DNA of 64,000 nt from Octopus sinensis (lineage: Eukaryota). The stretch covers positions 43,400,001 through 43,464,000 of the forward strand of contig NC_043001.1 in NCBI RefSeq assembly GCF_006345805.1, in the 5' to 3' direction. Positions 63,788 to 64,000 of the stretch are shown one piece after another (position 1 is the stretch's first letter; the number at the start of each line of letters is the position of its first letter). A program made the translations under genes and the position numbers. A model generated the notes under the pieces. That model was not told the origin of the DNA. It saw nothing but the letters and a program-made list of their open reading frames with translations, and searched no databases.

Positions 63788-64000
63788 AGGCGGCGAGCTG
63801 GCAGAAACGTTAGCATGCTGGGCGAAATGCCTAGCGGTATTTCGTCTGGCACTACATTCTGAGTTCAAGTTCCGCCGAGGTCGACTTTGCCTTTAATCCT
63901 TTCGGGGTCAATTAAATAAGTACCAGTTACGCACTGGGTTCAATATAATCGACTTAATCTGTTTGTCATTGTTTGTCCTCTCTTTGTTTAGCCGCGTGTG
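63788..64000 (+). mobile_element. SINE family A copy
   Basis: Same head and central domain as the copies above. Confidence 0.85.

Overview
AT-rich, intron-containing eukaryotic DNA dense in microsatellites and transposon debris. The SINE/LINE repertoire looks like an octopus (coleoid cephalopod) genome, which is an inference from repeat families. Two divergently oriented host genes can be assembled by hand. (1) Minus strand, 17519->46: an 8-coding-exon gene of about 849 aa with a roughly 575-aa acidic, low-complexity N-terminus and a C-terminal ankyrin block of the atypical/nuclear IkappaB (Bcl-3/IkappaB-zeta-like) type; all GT-AG junctions are phase-compatible. (2) Plus strand from 49606: small exons encoding a Myb/SANT-like N-terminus resembling SNAPC2/SNAP45; this model is incomplete. 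The rest is a decayed Gypsy element with a nested mariner, other mariner, maT, Tigger and hAT relics, Helitrons, piggyBac- and Merlin-like MITEs, RTE, CR1, Tx1 and Penelope-like retroelement pieces, and many SINEs. The most striking unexplained signal is a 183-bp ungapped CR1-derived inverted repeat (48150-48765) whose transition differences give 17 G-U versus 1 A-C pairs on the plus strand, suggesting a maintained long hairpin RNA. Also notable are two locally templated insertions with target-site duplications and hammerhead-like motifs in Penelope-type elements. Most ORF-track entries are microsatellite or TE artefacts. All coordinates and counts are by eye; no searches were run.
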